A DNA stretch of 63,861 nucleotides, the filler included, from Klebsormidium nitens (Eukaryota > Plantae > Klebsormidiophyceae), in assembly GCA_000708835.1 (NCBI GenBank). It is 13 parts of 13 records of this genome, joined end to end, with 100 filler letters (N's around TTAATTAATTAA, not from the genome) between each part and the next. Parts side by side here need not be neighbours in the genome. Positions count along the whole stretch, not along the records: positions 43,087 to 55,721 come from DF238091.1; positions 55,822 to 59,610 come from DF237991.1; 11 more parts are not named here. One strand, 5' to 3'. A program made the position numbers and the translations under genes. This document shows positions 43,087 through 56,405 of this stretch, piece by piece. The number at the start of each line of letters is the position of its first letter. Position 1 is the first letter of the stretch. The notes under the pieces are model-generated. The model was not told the DNA's origin, ran no database searches, and saw only the letters and a program-made list of their open reading frames with translations.

Positions 43087-44269
43087 CCGCGTTCCAGTAC
43101 ACCCCGAGCACTCTCTGCCCCACGCCACTGCACGGCGCCTCCACCACCCGTTGCCCCTTCTGAAATGACCGGTGGCTTGATTGCCGACGTTCCTGGAGCG
43201 CTTCCAATACCAGTTTGTGAACGCAAGCTGCACCAAAGCTCAAGCGGCCACGATCGCACGTGCAGCTCGGGTTCCCCAGCGTGTCCCAGTATACCGTCTC
43301 GAGCAAGGCGTTGCTCTCGGTGGGTCGCCCCAGAGGCTTTGGCCTCGCAGCGTTGTGATTCCACGCGGTCATCAAAAACACAGAGCTGCTGGAGCCCTCT
43401 TCGTCGATGCTGTAGAGTGCGCAATCGCCACTCATAAAGTTGGTCAGGAACCGACCAGCTTGAGCCACAAGCGTGAGCTGTCCGCCCGCATCTCGGGCTT
43501 CTTCTGAGTTGCATTGGGTCTGCAAGAGGGCAAGAACGTAGATCAGACACTTACAATTTCGAGGAGCTAAAGGAATGCGGCCCATAGGAGTTCAGACTTT
43601 GCTAAGCTGGTTAATCTGGAGATCCGGACGTCGCTGCTGATTGCTTGAAGCGTTGAGACTCTATCTCTTGCAAGTCCTTGACCAGCAATAAAAAGGTCTG
43701 CAAAAAGCACTCACCGGGTGTGGGGGGTTCCGTGGGATTTGTCCAGCCTGGCGCCGCCCCCTGTTCAAAGCAGCTTCGGCTGCAGACTTGATCCGCTTAC
43801 CGCCAGCTGACTCCATGCTCTTGGCATTCATCATTTGCAGCCGAATGACCTCTTCTCCAAGCAACACTCTCTGCTGGCGCCATGAGTCGGTCGAATCTGT
43901 ACGCGCGAACCAACTTACCTCTGCTGGACCCACCCATCCAGCTGGCGCGACGCTGATGCTGGTCTTTGCAACAAAGACCCTCCCCACCCAGCGCTCAATG
44001 CAAGCGATGCACACTGGCTGGCTCTTGCCGCTGCCTTTCACTTTGCCGGAGATGACGAATCCGGTGCGACCTGCTTGCTGAGATTTCCGAAAAGATATCT
44101 GGCATACTCCGTTTTTTGTAGAGAGTAGAGACTGTTTGCATATTGCACATTTGAAGGCAGTGGATTCCGCTGTAAGCAGCCGGGGGTCAATGACGTACTT
44201 TCCGGTGGAGACCTGTTTCCAGGAGGTTGGGCAGAACTTGGTCTGGCTGCATGATTCTACCCCTGTCAT
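43087..44269 (-). CDS. Spliced gene fragment with Cys-rich N-terminal exon and a SWIM zinc finger; possibly a KDZ/Zisupton-type or other SWIM transposase; truncated
   Basis: Exon 43661-44269 has CAIC...CIAC and a GTGAGT donor; the exon below about 43520 (TTGCAG acceptor) has PSCTCDRGRLSFGAACVHK (C-x-C-x9-C-x-H, SWIM). Confidence 0.5.
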
Positions 44270-45102
44270 GCTACCTGAGTAGGGCCGGGACTTGGCTCAA
44301 AGCTAGCTAGGGTGCCGAGCGGACCGGTTGAAAGTGATCTTGGCTTATGGCTGATGTGGAAATGATGAATTCGGAGCCCGTATCGGCCTTATATAGATGT
44401 CGCTAGACCTTGAAGGCTGCGTAAGAGTCACGGAGGTTCGGGACTGAACGTATATTGCGCCACGTATAGGCTCAGGGTGCGTTTACGTATATGAATAATC
44501 TACGCATTATCATATTTTGGCGCCTGACTCGTGCCGGATCAGCAGCCGGGGCGTCTAAAGTATAGGGTCACGTTGCTCAGTCCATCGAGGGGGGCGGTAA
44601 TGGAAAATCCTCTACGGTACCCGAATCCAAAGTCACGCTAAATATGCCGCTAAATTGCCTTAAAGCTCCGATCGCCGTCGATTCTCCCCGAGGGATATCT
44701 GGGCCGTTACTTTTATGCCATTCTTCAGATGGTTGGCCCCAACTGCATGAGTCAGGACCTTCCTATGGCAGTGGGTCACGGCCCACTTCCTCTGGTGCGC
44801 AGCACAGCGACTGAAACAGCTGCGAGTTTTCACGAGGGTCGTGAACGACAGCTCACCGCCTCGTGCTTCTTTGGGGGCAGCAACCAGGGCGCCCAGACAG
44901 GTGGATGTCGACCCAGTGTTGTTGTTAGGAGCATTTGGTAGAAATTCTTCGCGTCCAATGGCGGCTGAATTCTATCTGCTGCATTAAGGCGTTCAAGGAT
45001 TTGAGAGCAGACAAGGTCTGCATCCCTTCAATCAATTGCCACCGCTCGGTCCTTGAGCATTCAGCCGCGGCGTTGCATTGAATCTTTGTAAGAGCAGGAG
45101 AG

Positions 45103-48100
45103 ATGGTTGCCTGCGTAGCTTTACGATTGGGCGGCAGGTCTCCTGTGCCAACTTTGAGTGTCAGCTGCAATTGCTCCTCAAACCCTAATTTTCCTGCACC
45201 GTCATGCTCCTATCTTCTTGGACCCTGGGCCAATGGCTCGTCTGCATTGCAAGGTCAACAAACCAAAAGCACGCTTTACCAGTCCAGTCGGCCTTTTCTG
45301 CAAACACGGCAGGAGTTCACTGTTGAATTGGGCGCTTCGACCAGCGAGATTTCAAACTGGGGCAAACGAGCCAGAAGGAACAAGGATTACGGTCCGCTGC
45401 GGGTGACCAACGCATCACAAGAAGCCGAGCCTTCTGTCCAATCAAACCATTCAAACGGTCAAACCAGCGGGAACGGGGCCGCAAATGGTGCTGTCCACAA
45501 GCAGGCACTCAGCAGGGTGGAGTGGTGGAGAATTGACGGGCGAGGTGGTGTCCAGACTAGCTTAGAGAGCACCGAAGCTGGTCCTTCTCAGTCAAATGCA
45601 GTTGAGGACAGTGTAATGGGGCCGCGGGGGCGTACCGTGGGATGGATTAGGGAGGAGCATTCAGAAAACGGGAGGGCGAATGAGGAGGAGCTGTGGACAT
45701 GGCAAGCGGCGACGCAGACGCTGCATCTGAACGGGACCGCCATGCACGGGCGGTTGAAGAGTTGGAATAGCTGGGCGGAAGAAAGCAGAGAGGAGAGTGT
45801 TGTGAGCAGTGAAGGGTCGGGCGGCGCGGTTGTGACTCAGGGCTTGGTGAGCAGAAGTGTGACGTCAGGGAATGAAAGTAGCGTTTATGCGTCTGACAGC
45901 AGCCAAAATGGAGCGTTGAGGAGCAGTCAGAATGGGGCCAGTGGCAGCAGCAATGGGGTTAGTAAATTGGCGGGGAATGAGAATGGGTATGCAGGTAGCG
46001 TCCAGGCAGAGAATGGCCGTGCAGGTCGGGAGGCTCTGGGTGGCGGTCAGTCAACGAGCGACTCAGAAGGTGCGGTGGCTGGGGCTCATTCAGAAAACGA
46101 AGCTGGTTCAAAAAAGAAGTTGAAGAAGGACGGAAAGAAGGCTAAGAAAGCTGCGAAGGCGGCGCTTGAGAATGTAAAGAAGAAGGGGAAGAAGAAGAAG
46201 GGGAAGGGAGTGGCTCTGGAGGAAAGTGTCATGGAGGTCGCACAAACTTCCGAAGCGGAAGCGGCTGATAAGCCGCCGAGCAGTTTCGTGCATGTGAACG
46301 GCGTCCGAATGTATCCGGGCCCAGGTTACGTCGACCGGATGGAGAGCAAGTTTTCGGACGTCTTGACCAGTCTCTCGGAGGCGGTGAAACTTGACAAGCA
46401 GACAGACAGAGCGGCGGCGGTTGCGGAGCAACCGTCGCAGAACGGGGCCGCAAAGACGGAGCCCCCGGCAGAGAACCTGGAGGAGCGGTTGAGGGACTTG
46501 AGACGGAAAGCGATCGAGCATAAAGCGCGGCATGACGGGGAGAAGGGGACGCTGGTGGTGCCCACGAAGCAGCCAATCCTAGTTCTGATGCGACACGGGC
46601 AGAGCATGTGGAACGAGCTCAAGCTGTTCACTGGGTAAGTGGGCTTTGCTTGGTGGTTGGTTTCAAAATCCTACAGAATGCAGGCATCAGTGTCAGGGGC
46701 TGGCTTGAATGTATGGAAGCGATCTCAACTTTTTTCGCCTTCATGTGACAGGGGCAGGGTCCTGGGGTCTGCTTTACAGCGCTGTGCTTTGTAAGGACTC
46801 AACTTGAAGGCTTTTCTCTGTAGGATTACTGCCTTCATGTCTTGCTCATGGACTTTGTTCTTTGGGCGAGAAGGGCTTGACCAACTTCGTAAAACAGCTT
46901 TGCTTTTGATCGACATGTCCTTACGCATTGGTGCGACAGGTTAAGCGAGCCCTGGGTGTTCGTTTAGTGATGTATTTTCTAGAGAAAGCATCCTGAGTTA
47001 AAACTCAATTACATCTGATTTCTGGTTCCACTGGGCCTGAGGCAGTGACAGGGGCTACCTGGCTACTGGAGTTTTCAGTCGATGTTGATTGCATTTCGGA
47101 GTTCAAAGTTCAGTATTGAAGTCACAATTAGCGTCTATTGAGACTCGCGCGAAAAAAAGCTGGAACCAGGAACGAACCGTTTGACGTTGGAGCTTTTGGT
47201 GGCGTGCTTTATCGAAAGATGAAAGCGAAACGGTTCTGGATTTGTCATCCAATATCGCTGGTTTGTTGTCAAAGAGCGATTTAGACGACCTTGATCTTGT
47301 TACTGAGGGAAACCTCGCTCGTGCAGTGACGTGGACATCCCTCTGACGGAGAAGGGCGTGATGGAGGCCCTGTCCGGAGGGCGCACGATCAAGGACGTCG
47401 ACTTCGACATTGTCTTCACCAGCCGTCTGCTGCGTGCGAAGCAGACCGCCATGCTCGCGCTCACGCAGGCAAGGCCTTCGCCACCGTTAGCAGCAACGTT
47501 CGTCTTGCTAACCTCCCGTTAAACTGTCGTTGAGCTTTTGCTAAGCTCGTTCCCTCAAGCCATAAGACGTTTCTTGCTGTCAGATCCATGGTCTTGCGTT
47601 TACTGGGCCGTATGTTCAGAGCCGCAAAAAAAGGAAGATCTGCTCAAAGAGCGGCAATTCAGGCTTTTCCCCTCAGATCTTCCGTTTTGCGGGTTGGAAG
47701 GTTGCGCATGGTTGATCCCTGCCCTTTTTTGGGGGTTCTTAGTAATGCTTCCGTACAGCATAGATCGACCAAGCAGGGGCGAAGCTGATGCATATGAGTC
47801 AAGAGATGGAAGATCCATGACCTTGTCAGAGGTTGTTCCTGATCATTCTCAAGGCCGAACTCCGACTTTGTAGCCATGACTGAAGGAAGTTGCTGTCAAA
47901 ATGAAAGCTCATGTCCGTGTGACTTCATCAAGCAACGTATAAGGAAGCCGTTTTTGTTGCCCTGCAGAACTCGAGCCACGTGGTGCCCGTTCTCGTGCGC
48001 GGTGGCTACTACGGCAACGGCCGCATCGGCGACGGGAACCGGTTGCGGCTCCGCGAGGCGGCCATGTATGCGCTGGACAAGGCGGCCTGCAAGATGGTCC

Positions 48101-51100
48101 CCGTCTTTGCACACCCCGCGCTCAACGAGCGCTGCTATGGGGACCTGCAGGTGCGGCCGAATCTATCTTCTCTTATTTACGCAATTTCAAGTTTGGAGTC
48201 TGGCAAAAGATAAGTTGTGTTTTGCCAGCTGAGGCTAGGGGCCACTATCGATTTGCTTGCGCTCCTATGGGTGTTTTGATTCTACTGCTGTGGCGTGTAC
48301 TGTTCCCTGCTTGGAAGAAAGCTCGGGGAAAAGAGCCGTGGTTTATACCCTGATTTTCCGATGCCCGCGGTCCGTATATGCGTCTCGCCCTCCTTGCGTC
48401 CCTTTCTTCTCTGACTTCGATCCGGCTGGGAAGGTCTAGGAATGGCACCTCCATGTGCCATTCGTCCACTGTAGCCCCTGATGCCACGCCTTGCTGTCGT
48501 TATACTTCGAAGGATGTTTTTCGATAACTCTCGTAACAAGCAAATGCTCTGTCCTATTGATCTTGTTCTATTGGTTGTCGAGCACCAATCTGATACCGTC
48601 AGAAATGCTAATTTCATCCGTCTGACACTACGAGCTCCTTCGAACATAAGATCTTGACAAATCAGCATGTACGTTCGTTTGGCTAAGCGCATCACCGATA
48701 TCTGTTCACGAAGTGCTGATCTCCCCCTCGGGCCCACTCTACAGTAATACGTGCAGCATCGGTTATAGATTCTGTGCTCACTCTCGTCTCCGCTTCTGTC
48801 TGCGCTTTCTGGTTACTTGAACGTTCCACTTTTCATTTGGTACTGACGCCACTGAAGGAAGTGGCAAGAGTGTTCAGACTTTCGTTGGAAATTTGACCCT
48901 TCCCTTCCAGCCCCACGGGTTGCCTTGCCCCAACCCCGGGTTTTTTCAAGCGACTCAAAAATTTGCGGTCTTCGGCTTGCATTGTCTTCCGCCTATCTGT
49001 GTGCCTTGCTCACCGCATAGCTGGTCCATTTAGACCTTTGGCAATGATGTTGCGCCCCGTTTGAGACACGGCCGTGTCATTCGTTGGCTTGTCTGTTGAT
49101 GCCGAGTTTACCTTCCCGTGTTCTATGAAGAAAAGTTTGACCGAAAATTATCACTTCTGGTCAGTTGCCTGTTGATTGAGTTCTTTGTTTCCGCAGGCCT
49201 CTCTTTTCTTTGCTCCGTTTTCAGTCGTGCCTCTGAGTATACCGGATTGCGTTGTGAGGTGTCGAGCTGGGACTCTGAGTCTAGCCTCCATCCGTTCTAC
49301 CCGCAAGCAGCGGTGAGGAGTGGCTAGGACCCTAGTTGTGGCCCAACGAAGCTTCCTGCAAGCTTCTTCTTATCATAATACTGCTCTTTCATTCCTTATT
49401 AGAGCGCAAGATTCGGGTCGGGAGGCTTTGTAGTCTACTCTTGTTGTCACTCGGACAGATGGCAGTCACTCGTGCCATCTCTTGTGCTCTTAAGCAACGG
49501 CCCACTCCATATGGCTTTCGCTTTGGTTGGGCAAATGTAAGGTAGTATTATCGGAATGAGACTCTGCAACAGGCCCTATCGGTCATTTACTCTGGCCAGG
49601 CATCAGGCGATTCGGCCTGAAGCCAAGAGTTTACGAAGCTTTAAGGCATAGACCCCTGCTTTCAACGCCGTCTGCCGAAGTCCATTGCTTGGTTGAGAAG
49701 AATATCGCTGTCCGGAAGAGGGTGGCTGCCAAACGGCGATGATGCTTGCATTGGTTGGCACATGCCAAACTGCAGCTTCCTTAGAGATTGCTGAAGTCTT
49801 TAACGCTCGTGCAAGACTGATTGATGCCCTGCGTACGGGGCTATTCTTCATTGCGAAAAGGTTTTAATCCGAAATTGCATCGTATGTTTTGGGTCGGCTG
49901 ATCGTAAAAGAGTGAAGCTGCAAATCCAGCGCGTCCGTGCAGCCTGTGATAAGCTTCAGCTTTAGCCCTGCCGCTTGGTCTCGAAGGAAGATCATATAGA
50001 CTGGATCACTGGCTATATAATTTCTGCCCACTTCGATACTTCTGTGATGATGCGTGCTCCTTCAGGGCTTCTATGCTGCTTTTCAATATCTGTCGTCATC
50101 ATGGAGCGGGCAGTAAGCCGATCGGATGCTTACTTGACAGTCTTTCCACGAGTAAATCATAGCATAAAAACGGTTATAATTGCTGGAATGACGAGGAATT
50201 AGTATGTCAAGGCCGCACTTGAGCCTTTATTTCTGCCCGGCAGCCACTTGGCTTTCAACCGAGAGGAGGTGAGAAGGGGACGAGCACTTGGGGTGACACG
50301 AGGTGAGCCCTCATCATGTGTATTGTCGTTCTGACCTTCTGCGTTCTAGTGAGGCAGGAAGATCAATCCGCTGGTCAGGACGATCAAGGCAATGGGCGAA
50401 AGTCACAACGCCACCCTGCGGTTGTGGCCATCCCGATGCCACCCCTTCTTGGAGATTTCTTATGCCACCAAGTTCAGAGGGTCGGAAGCTAACTTTCTTG
50501 TCTGAGTCCTTGACTTGAGAAAGTGCGAAAGTGGCCAGGACGACAAAAGTCGAGGAGCATGGCAAATTTTGAGCGCCAATAGAATGTTTCCGGAACCAGA
50601 GCCCCGTTTATGAACATAGGTGAGCTGTTCTTAAGTTTTCAGAGAGGCATCCCTGCTCTAGCGCTCCCGGCCTTCAGTGCCCAAGTAGAGTCGCTCAAGA
50701 GCCTGGGGAGTGCTGAAGTCATCTTGCAGACGTTTGTCCATTGGCGGCCACTTTGGATTGGCCATGGTCCATGCGGGGCTATTATCCGGCATCCCTGAAC
50801 TGCTTTGAAACGTGTCCCTCTGCGAATGCCCACTTATTAAACGGTTGAGCAATTGGGGCGTCATTCATTGGTGTAAAAAATCGCAGGTCAAAAGCTAAGT
50901 GCTTCGTCAGTTCTCACACCTAATCTGGGGCGATGTCCAAGTTCTTGTTCGTTCGAACATTCAGGGCAGTGGTGGTGGCGTCATGCTTCGTATTGCGAAC
51001 ATGTCAGGTGCCCAGACCTGACAGCCATCGCTAAGTTCTTCAGGCACCGAAAGTTGCGAGCAAGGTGCTCCTCTGTCTATTCCAAGTCGTGCGTGAATGT

Positions 51101-53941
51101 GGTGGGTGCTGCTTGCCAAGATTGAAGCGAATCAAGGTCGTTCTGTGCAAGTCTGCACTTCAAGTCTGAAGCGGTCTTGTATACGACGGTCTATTTTGTA
51201 TTGGGTTCTCGTGCGGTTTGTTTTGCTTTAGCATACCCTTCCTACTGAGCTCTTTCGCAAGCTCTGCAAAACTCATCGGTCCAGGACCTTGGACGAAGAT
51301 TTGGAATGGCTTCCGTTTCGTTGGTTGGTCTATCGTGCATGAATTCGCCCGGCGAGTTCGCCCACGACTCGCTTCAGGACAGGATGCTGAGTCGTCCCAG
51401 CCACACAAAGCCGGTTCGTGCCATGGGATGACGTGGGCGCTTCCGATGGCTCAGTCCAGGTTACCGACACATGCGTCAATTAGCTCACGATAGTTTGTGG
51501 CCAGGACTGAAAAATGTATTGGCGATAGCATTTTGCTGGTGCCAAATGTTGATCACGATATCCGAAGCCGCAGCATATATTATGGCCGTGCAAATTCTGA
51601 CTGTTTATTGTTACTGTAGCAAGCCTTATATCGCCAGTTTGCGTTTGCGCAAGCTGAAAGGAACATCAGAACCGTTGTGCTGCGAGGATCCTTCCGGGTT
51701 TGGCGCACGTCATGGATCTGCTTACCTTTAAACCAGATTTTGGGAGTCGCACAATGACTTTTCCTGGTCTATCTAATCTGATCGGTGACAACGTTGTTTG
51801 AGAAGCGTGTCCGTCTGCAGCAGGTAGATTCCCGCCCTTTGTCGTACTCTATCTTCATATCCTGTTGGTTGAGTCATCGAGTGCCTCAAGTCTGCATCGT
51901 TTAGCCTTTCTTTTAGTTGGAAAGAGGTTTTCAAGTCATCGGCGGTTTGGAATATTCGAAAAGGGGTGATCACGCGGCTGGACGGCCAGGAAACGTCATA
52001 TTCCATTCCCAGGCATTCACAGATTGCGGCGACCCATCTGCAGGGCCTGAACAAGGAGGAGGCCGCCAAGGAGTTCGGCAAGGAGCTGGTGCAGCAGTGG
52101 CGGCGGAGCAACGACACATCGCCACCCGGCGGGGAGAGCCTCGTGGTAAGCTGGCCGTGCAAAAGTAGAACGTAGTTCTTTCCTTGTGCCTCTTTGTGGT
52201 TCCTGAATAAGCTCTTGCCTCCGAAAACCTCGTTATGGATAATTATAGAAGAAAAATCATTACCCCATTGGGGTAATTATTTAAGAAAGGCCAGCCTCCT
52301 GGATGCATGAGCTTGTGCTTTTTTAGCAAGTGTCGTTACTTCGTGACGGAGTTGCGGTTGACAGGCTTTTGCGAGTCGGTGTTCGTGGTTCAAGCAAGCA
52401 CGCAGAGACACTCTCTTGAAATGTCAGGTCAACAAAGCCCGCAGCTGGCGCCGCTACCGGTCTTCGTTGATAACGCCATCTTAGATGCTCTTTCGGCTTC
52501 TAAGCGTGCTCTTTGTTATCAAGCGCTTTGTTTGTTTGCTTCGGACTTTGGGGGTCCTTGTCCAGGAGCTGATTCACCTGACCGACAACAATTCGAGGGT
52601 TCATACGGCTATTCTCTTCAGATCAGCGAGACGCTAAACGGATGTGGATACTCGTTATCAACAAAACCCGGAATCACCCTTCCCTTAAACCACGTTGTCA
52701 AGGAAGAGGGTGACAAATCAAAATTGCGTGCTTTCCGAATACGGTCACTTCTCTGACTGGTAACTAGTACGGGCTTAAACCTTTGCGCGCCCTTTCGCCT
52801 GGCAGGACACGGCGCGGCGCGCCCGCAAGTACTACGTGGAGGTGATCGAGCCGCGGCTACGCGAGGGCAAGAACGTGCTGGTCGTGACGCACGGCAACGT
52901 CATGCGCGGCCTTATCGCGCACCTGGCCAACCTCGAGGAGGAGGAGATGCTCACGCTCGAGGTGGGCTGCGAAGCGTTTCCTCTTTCTAATCGTGCGGGT
53001 CCGGATTGTCAAGTCCTCTTAGGTCTTTCACAAGGTTAGAATTCTGTGCGAAGTGGGAAATCTTTCACCCTTTCTCTATCCCGTTCTCTCTTTGCTCTTC
53101 CTTCTTGGACGCTTTTAGGGTCTCTTGAGGGGTCATTGTGCGCACTGTTGTACATCCAGGAGCCTTTTTTCTTAATCTGCTTCATTTTGCGGGACCAGTT
53201 TGTCTTCCGTCGATCTGTCACGTTGGTTTCAATCAATATAGGCTCCTCGTAAAAGAAGCATCGGTAATCAGGATCCGGCAGTTACTAAACGTCCTGTGCT
53301 TGATGGGGCTTCGATCAAAAGAGAGGTAATGATTAAAGCTGGTTGGCCTTCGCTCTGCCCTCCCCGAAAACAGACCGCCCTTTTCTATGCCGGGCGGCGC
53401 TTTGACGTCACCATCTGAAAGGTGGTTCGGAGACGCTTGTGTGGTGAAAGGTGTTGAGTAACACCTGCAGCACTCCGATGTCTTCTCAATCCGCACAGCA
53501 TCAAAGCCGAGCTTGGTTCAGCTTCTCGAAAGCAACAGAAAGCGCAGACAGTCTTTCAAAACTGCACAGAAGCAAAAGGCAGCCTTCACTAAAGTTTCGA
53601 TCTGCCTCGTGCTTTTTCTCTGGAGGATGTGTCTCTGAAAAGGGAAAACACTCATTGCGAAGCAAGAGAAGATCGAGGGAGGGGAGAGCGGAAGATTTGG
53701 CGGACGCGCTTCATAACCACAACGAGCGCGTGGTCTCGGTGCTGACGTCATACTCTCTGCCTTACTGCAGATTTCAACGGCGTTTCCGTACGCATATGCG
53801 TTCAGCCGCGAGAGCGACGCTTACGCGCAGTGCTGTCTGATGAAGCCGATGGAGGACTTCATCACGGGGGAGCCCCTCGAAGATAAGCCCATGGGGCTGG
53901 CCTCCGTGCTGAAGAAGAAGAACTTTGACTCGCTCATTTGA
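45103..53941 (+). CDS. gpmA: 2,3-bisphosphoglycerate-dependent phosphoglycerate mutase (histidine phosphatase family), plant type, six exons, 761 aa
   Basis: join(45103-46634, 47327-47468, 47968-48150, 52044-52145, 52806-52961, 53771-53941) is frame-consistent. Motifs [50 protein letters not shown]....[15 protein letters not shown]. Intron 2 is GC-AG. Confidence 0.93.
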
Positions 53942-56027
53942 GGGGTCAAGGATGGGGTAAGGGAGGGTCTAGAGGTGGGGTTAAGGGCAGGGTTGCGCTA
54001 AGATTACCAAGTTTGGACCTGGTATGTGAGGGGTAAAGAAGGGTTTACAGGCGGGGTTGGCTTGGGAGGAACAAGCGGCTGGAGAGGGTCAAACTGCGAT
54101 GGAAGACAGTTGAAATCAGAGCGAGGGAGAGCGAGTCCCTTTCGAGCGTCGTCACTGTCCGCTGCGCAGCTGCCTGGCGGTTTTGTGACGTGCGCGACAC
54201 ATTTTTGCAGAGTAGAAGTCGCTCAACTCGAGCAGTGAGTCTAATTTTGGGCAGGTACTGAACATATGAGTGTTTGATACTCCTAAGCGAGAGTTGTTTC
54301 CTTATTAGCTTCTCTAAGGCTCAACGATCTTAATCTTAGCACGCCCCTTCACAGCTGGCTCCCTTCGTTTGTACATCCTTCAAACTGAAAGACGTAGTAG
54401 AGTTTGTGTCGTTGCGGGAACGAGACTCACTTATATAGCCCTGTTTCTCAATGTCTTGGCTTACACCGGCTTTGAATCATAACCCACTGAGACGAAGTCA
54501 TCACGGCTCTAAACTTAACAGACTTTGACATTCGTATCTTCTGCTTCCGTGCAAGTTACGGATCTGCCAATCATTGGAAGAGGGGAACTCGCGTTGTTGC
54601 TGCACTTGGCCTCCAACAAACGAGGGCCGCATGCACTCTTGGCATGTTTGCCATGGGCGCGGCGCGCCAATATGCCGTTTGTGTATGCGCGGCAAAACAA
54701 CTCAGGAGTCTTGATCGATGAGGAGTCATTGAGGGAATGCGGTCCCGCTCCTCTTCTAAGTTCGACAAATCTTGCAATCGTTGAGTATGACTCCAGCGGC
54801 ACTACTGCAATTCCAGATATTCCCCATTCCTCGGTTTCTAGCTGTGGGTTTTAATTCGATCTGTGGCGATACCACGTCCCAAGAATCAAGGTCCACATAT
54901 TGTATGTTACTTTTTGAACCGCATTAGATCTTCAGATGAGAGTGTGACTCGAACAGCTGGGTGATTCTGACGGTTCGCCTGTGAATGATGAATTTCCATG
55001 GGGCTCGGTAAGTTGGATTGTACGTACGCGCTTGAACATAAAAATGATGTGCTGATGCTGCAGCCGGGATGCACACTTGCGAGTACTATTTGCGTATCGG
55101 CCGCTTGGTTTTCGCCCTTTGCGTCTTATTTGCGGCCAATTTTCGTGTCCAGTGTCGTCCTACAAGATGTTCGGAGTTGCATCTACAATTGTTGGCTGCA
55201 TGGTTTGGCGATGGGACTCAGTTGTATCTCGGCTTCCGGGTTGTTCTCCGTCTCATCAAATAAGGTTTGTTAGAAAGTCTACTTGTAAGCTCTCACTAGT
55301 TTGAAGCCTGAGTGGTTCTGATGGTCGTACGTCCACGCTTTGAAGGATCTGGCACCGGCGCCTCGTCCGGGCCAGGCAACGGTCCGTATGCCAGACTAAC
55401 GCCACGTCCTTCTTTGCTAGACGGAACAGTCTAGTCTTGATAAGTTGCATCCACGCTTGGTTATAAGAGGCCAGCCGCTCGGATGTCACATTATAAGGAT
55501 TATCTGGCACCTAGCTTGCTTGATTGCCAACGGTCCACTTGTGCTGATGCCATTACTGTAAAACGCTCTCTGTACTTCTTTGTACTTGTATCCGGACAAC
55601 TGAGGGGTCACAAGGAGGAAACGCTAGAACTTTCCAATAGTTCTGCAAAAAGACGCCGTACGTAGACAACATGGCAACTCGTTCGCCACGATAACAATCG
55701 CATACCTGATCATATGCCATGNNNNNNNNNNNNNNNNNNNNNNNNNNNNNNNNNNNNNNNNNNNNTTAATTAATTAANNNNNNNNNNNNNNNNNNNNNNN
55801 NNNNNNNNNNNNNNNNNNNNNCCACCGATGCCTTCATTGACAAGAGAGAACCATAGGCTGATTTGCACCGCGTTTTGCCGATTCTCTTGCGGAAAGAAGG
55901 TGGTTTCTTTCTTTGCGGATTCCACGTGTTGCCTACTCAATGGCTCTAAGTGAATGAGACCGCTTCTTTACCAACGTCCGTCGCGACACGGAGAGCTTCC
56001 TTGGCTGATCCTTCCGCCCTAGCGCCG

Positions 56028-56040
56028 TAGGCCCAGAACC
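56028..56040 (-). promoter_or_regulatory. Half-tRNA(iMet)-type primer-binding site GGTTCTGGGCCTA
   Basis: Directly follows the LTR 3' end; 11/13 match to GGTTATGGGCCCA, the PBS type of copia elements primed by the tRNAiMet 5' half. Confidence 0.65.
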
Positions 56041-56386
56041 TATTGGAACACAGCGTTGTTGGAAGTAATATTCAATCTATCAAGTTCACACAATGTATAT
56101 GGAGTGTTCCGAGTCACGGCCTACGGTATCTCTAAGTCTACACTCTAGCCTGTGGACCGTCACCTAGTAAGTCCGAAATTTCACTCTATCCCGTACATCG
56201 ACGGCCATTATCGAACCTACACAATATCGACGGTTATCGCCAAGTCATTCGGGTGCGACGTTGTAACCGGCGCGCATTTTACCGTGTAATCGTAACTTCT
56301 AGTTACCGTCGAATTACCGTCGATGTCGTGATCCTAAAATCCTAGAATTCCCAAAAAATCGGTCCCTAAATGCCCGTACCTCAACA
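56041..56386 (-). repeat. Ty1/copia LTR, 346 bp
   Basis: Starts TGTTGAG after the PPT GTGAGTGGGAG (56387-56397); ends ...CTGTGTTCCAATA. Homologous to 59711-59791, 59792-60129, 60669-61016, 62480-62515 and 33939-34009. Confidence 0.88.
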
Positions 56387-56405
56387 CTCCCACTCACACT
56401 AATGA

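Noticed and set aside
51160-51408. Minus-strand ORF with [17 protein letters not shown], reminiscent of a winged helix
   Set aside because: Short, inside an intron, no flanking support; likely chance.
52307-52756. 149-aa ORF between PGM exons 4 and 5
   Set aside because: Lies within an intron defined by good splice sites; including it breaks the conserved PGM alignment.
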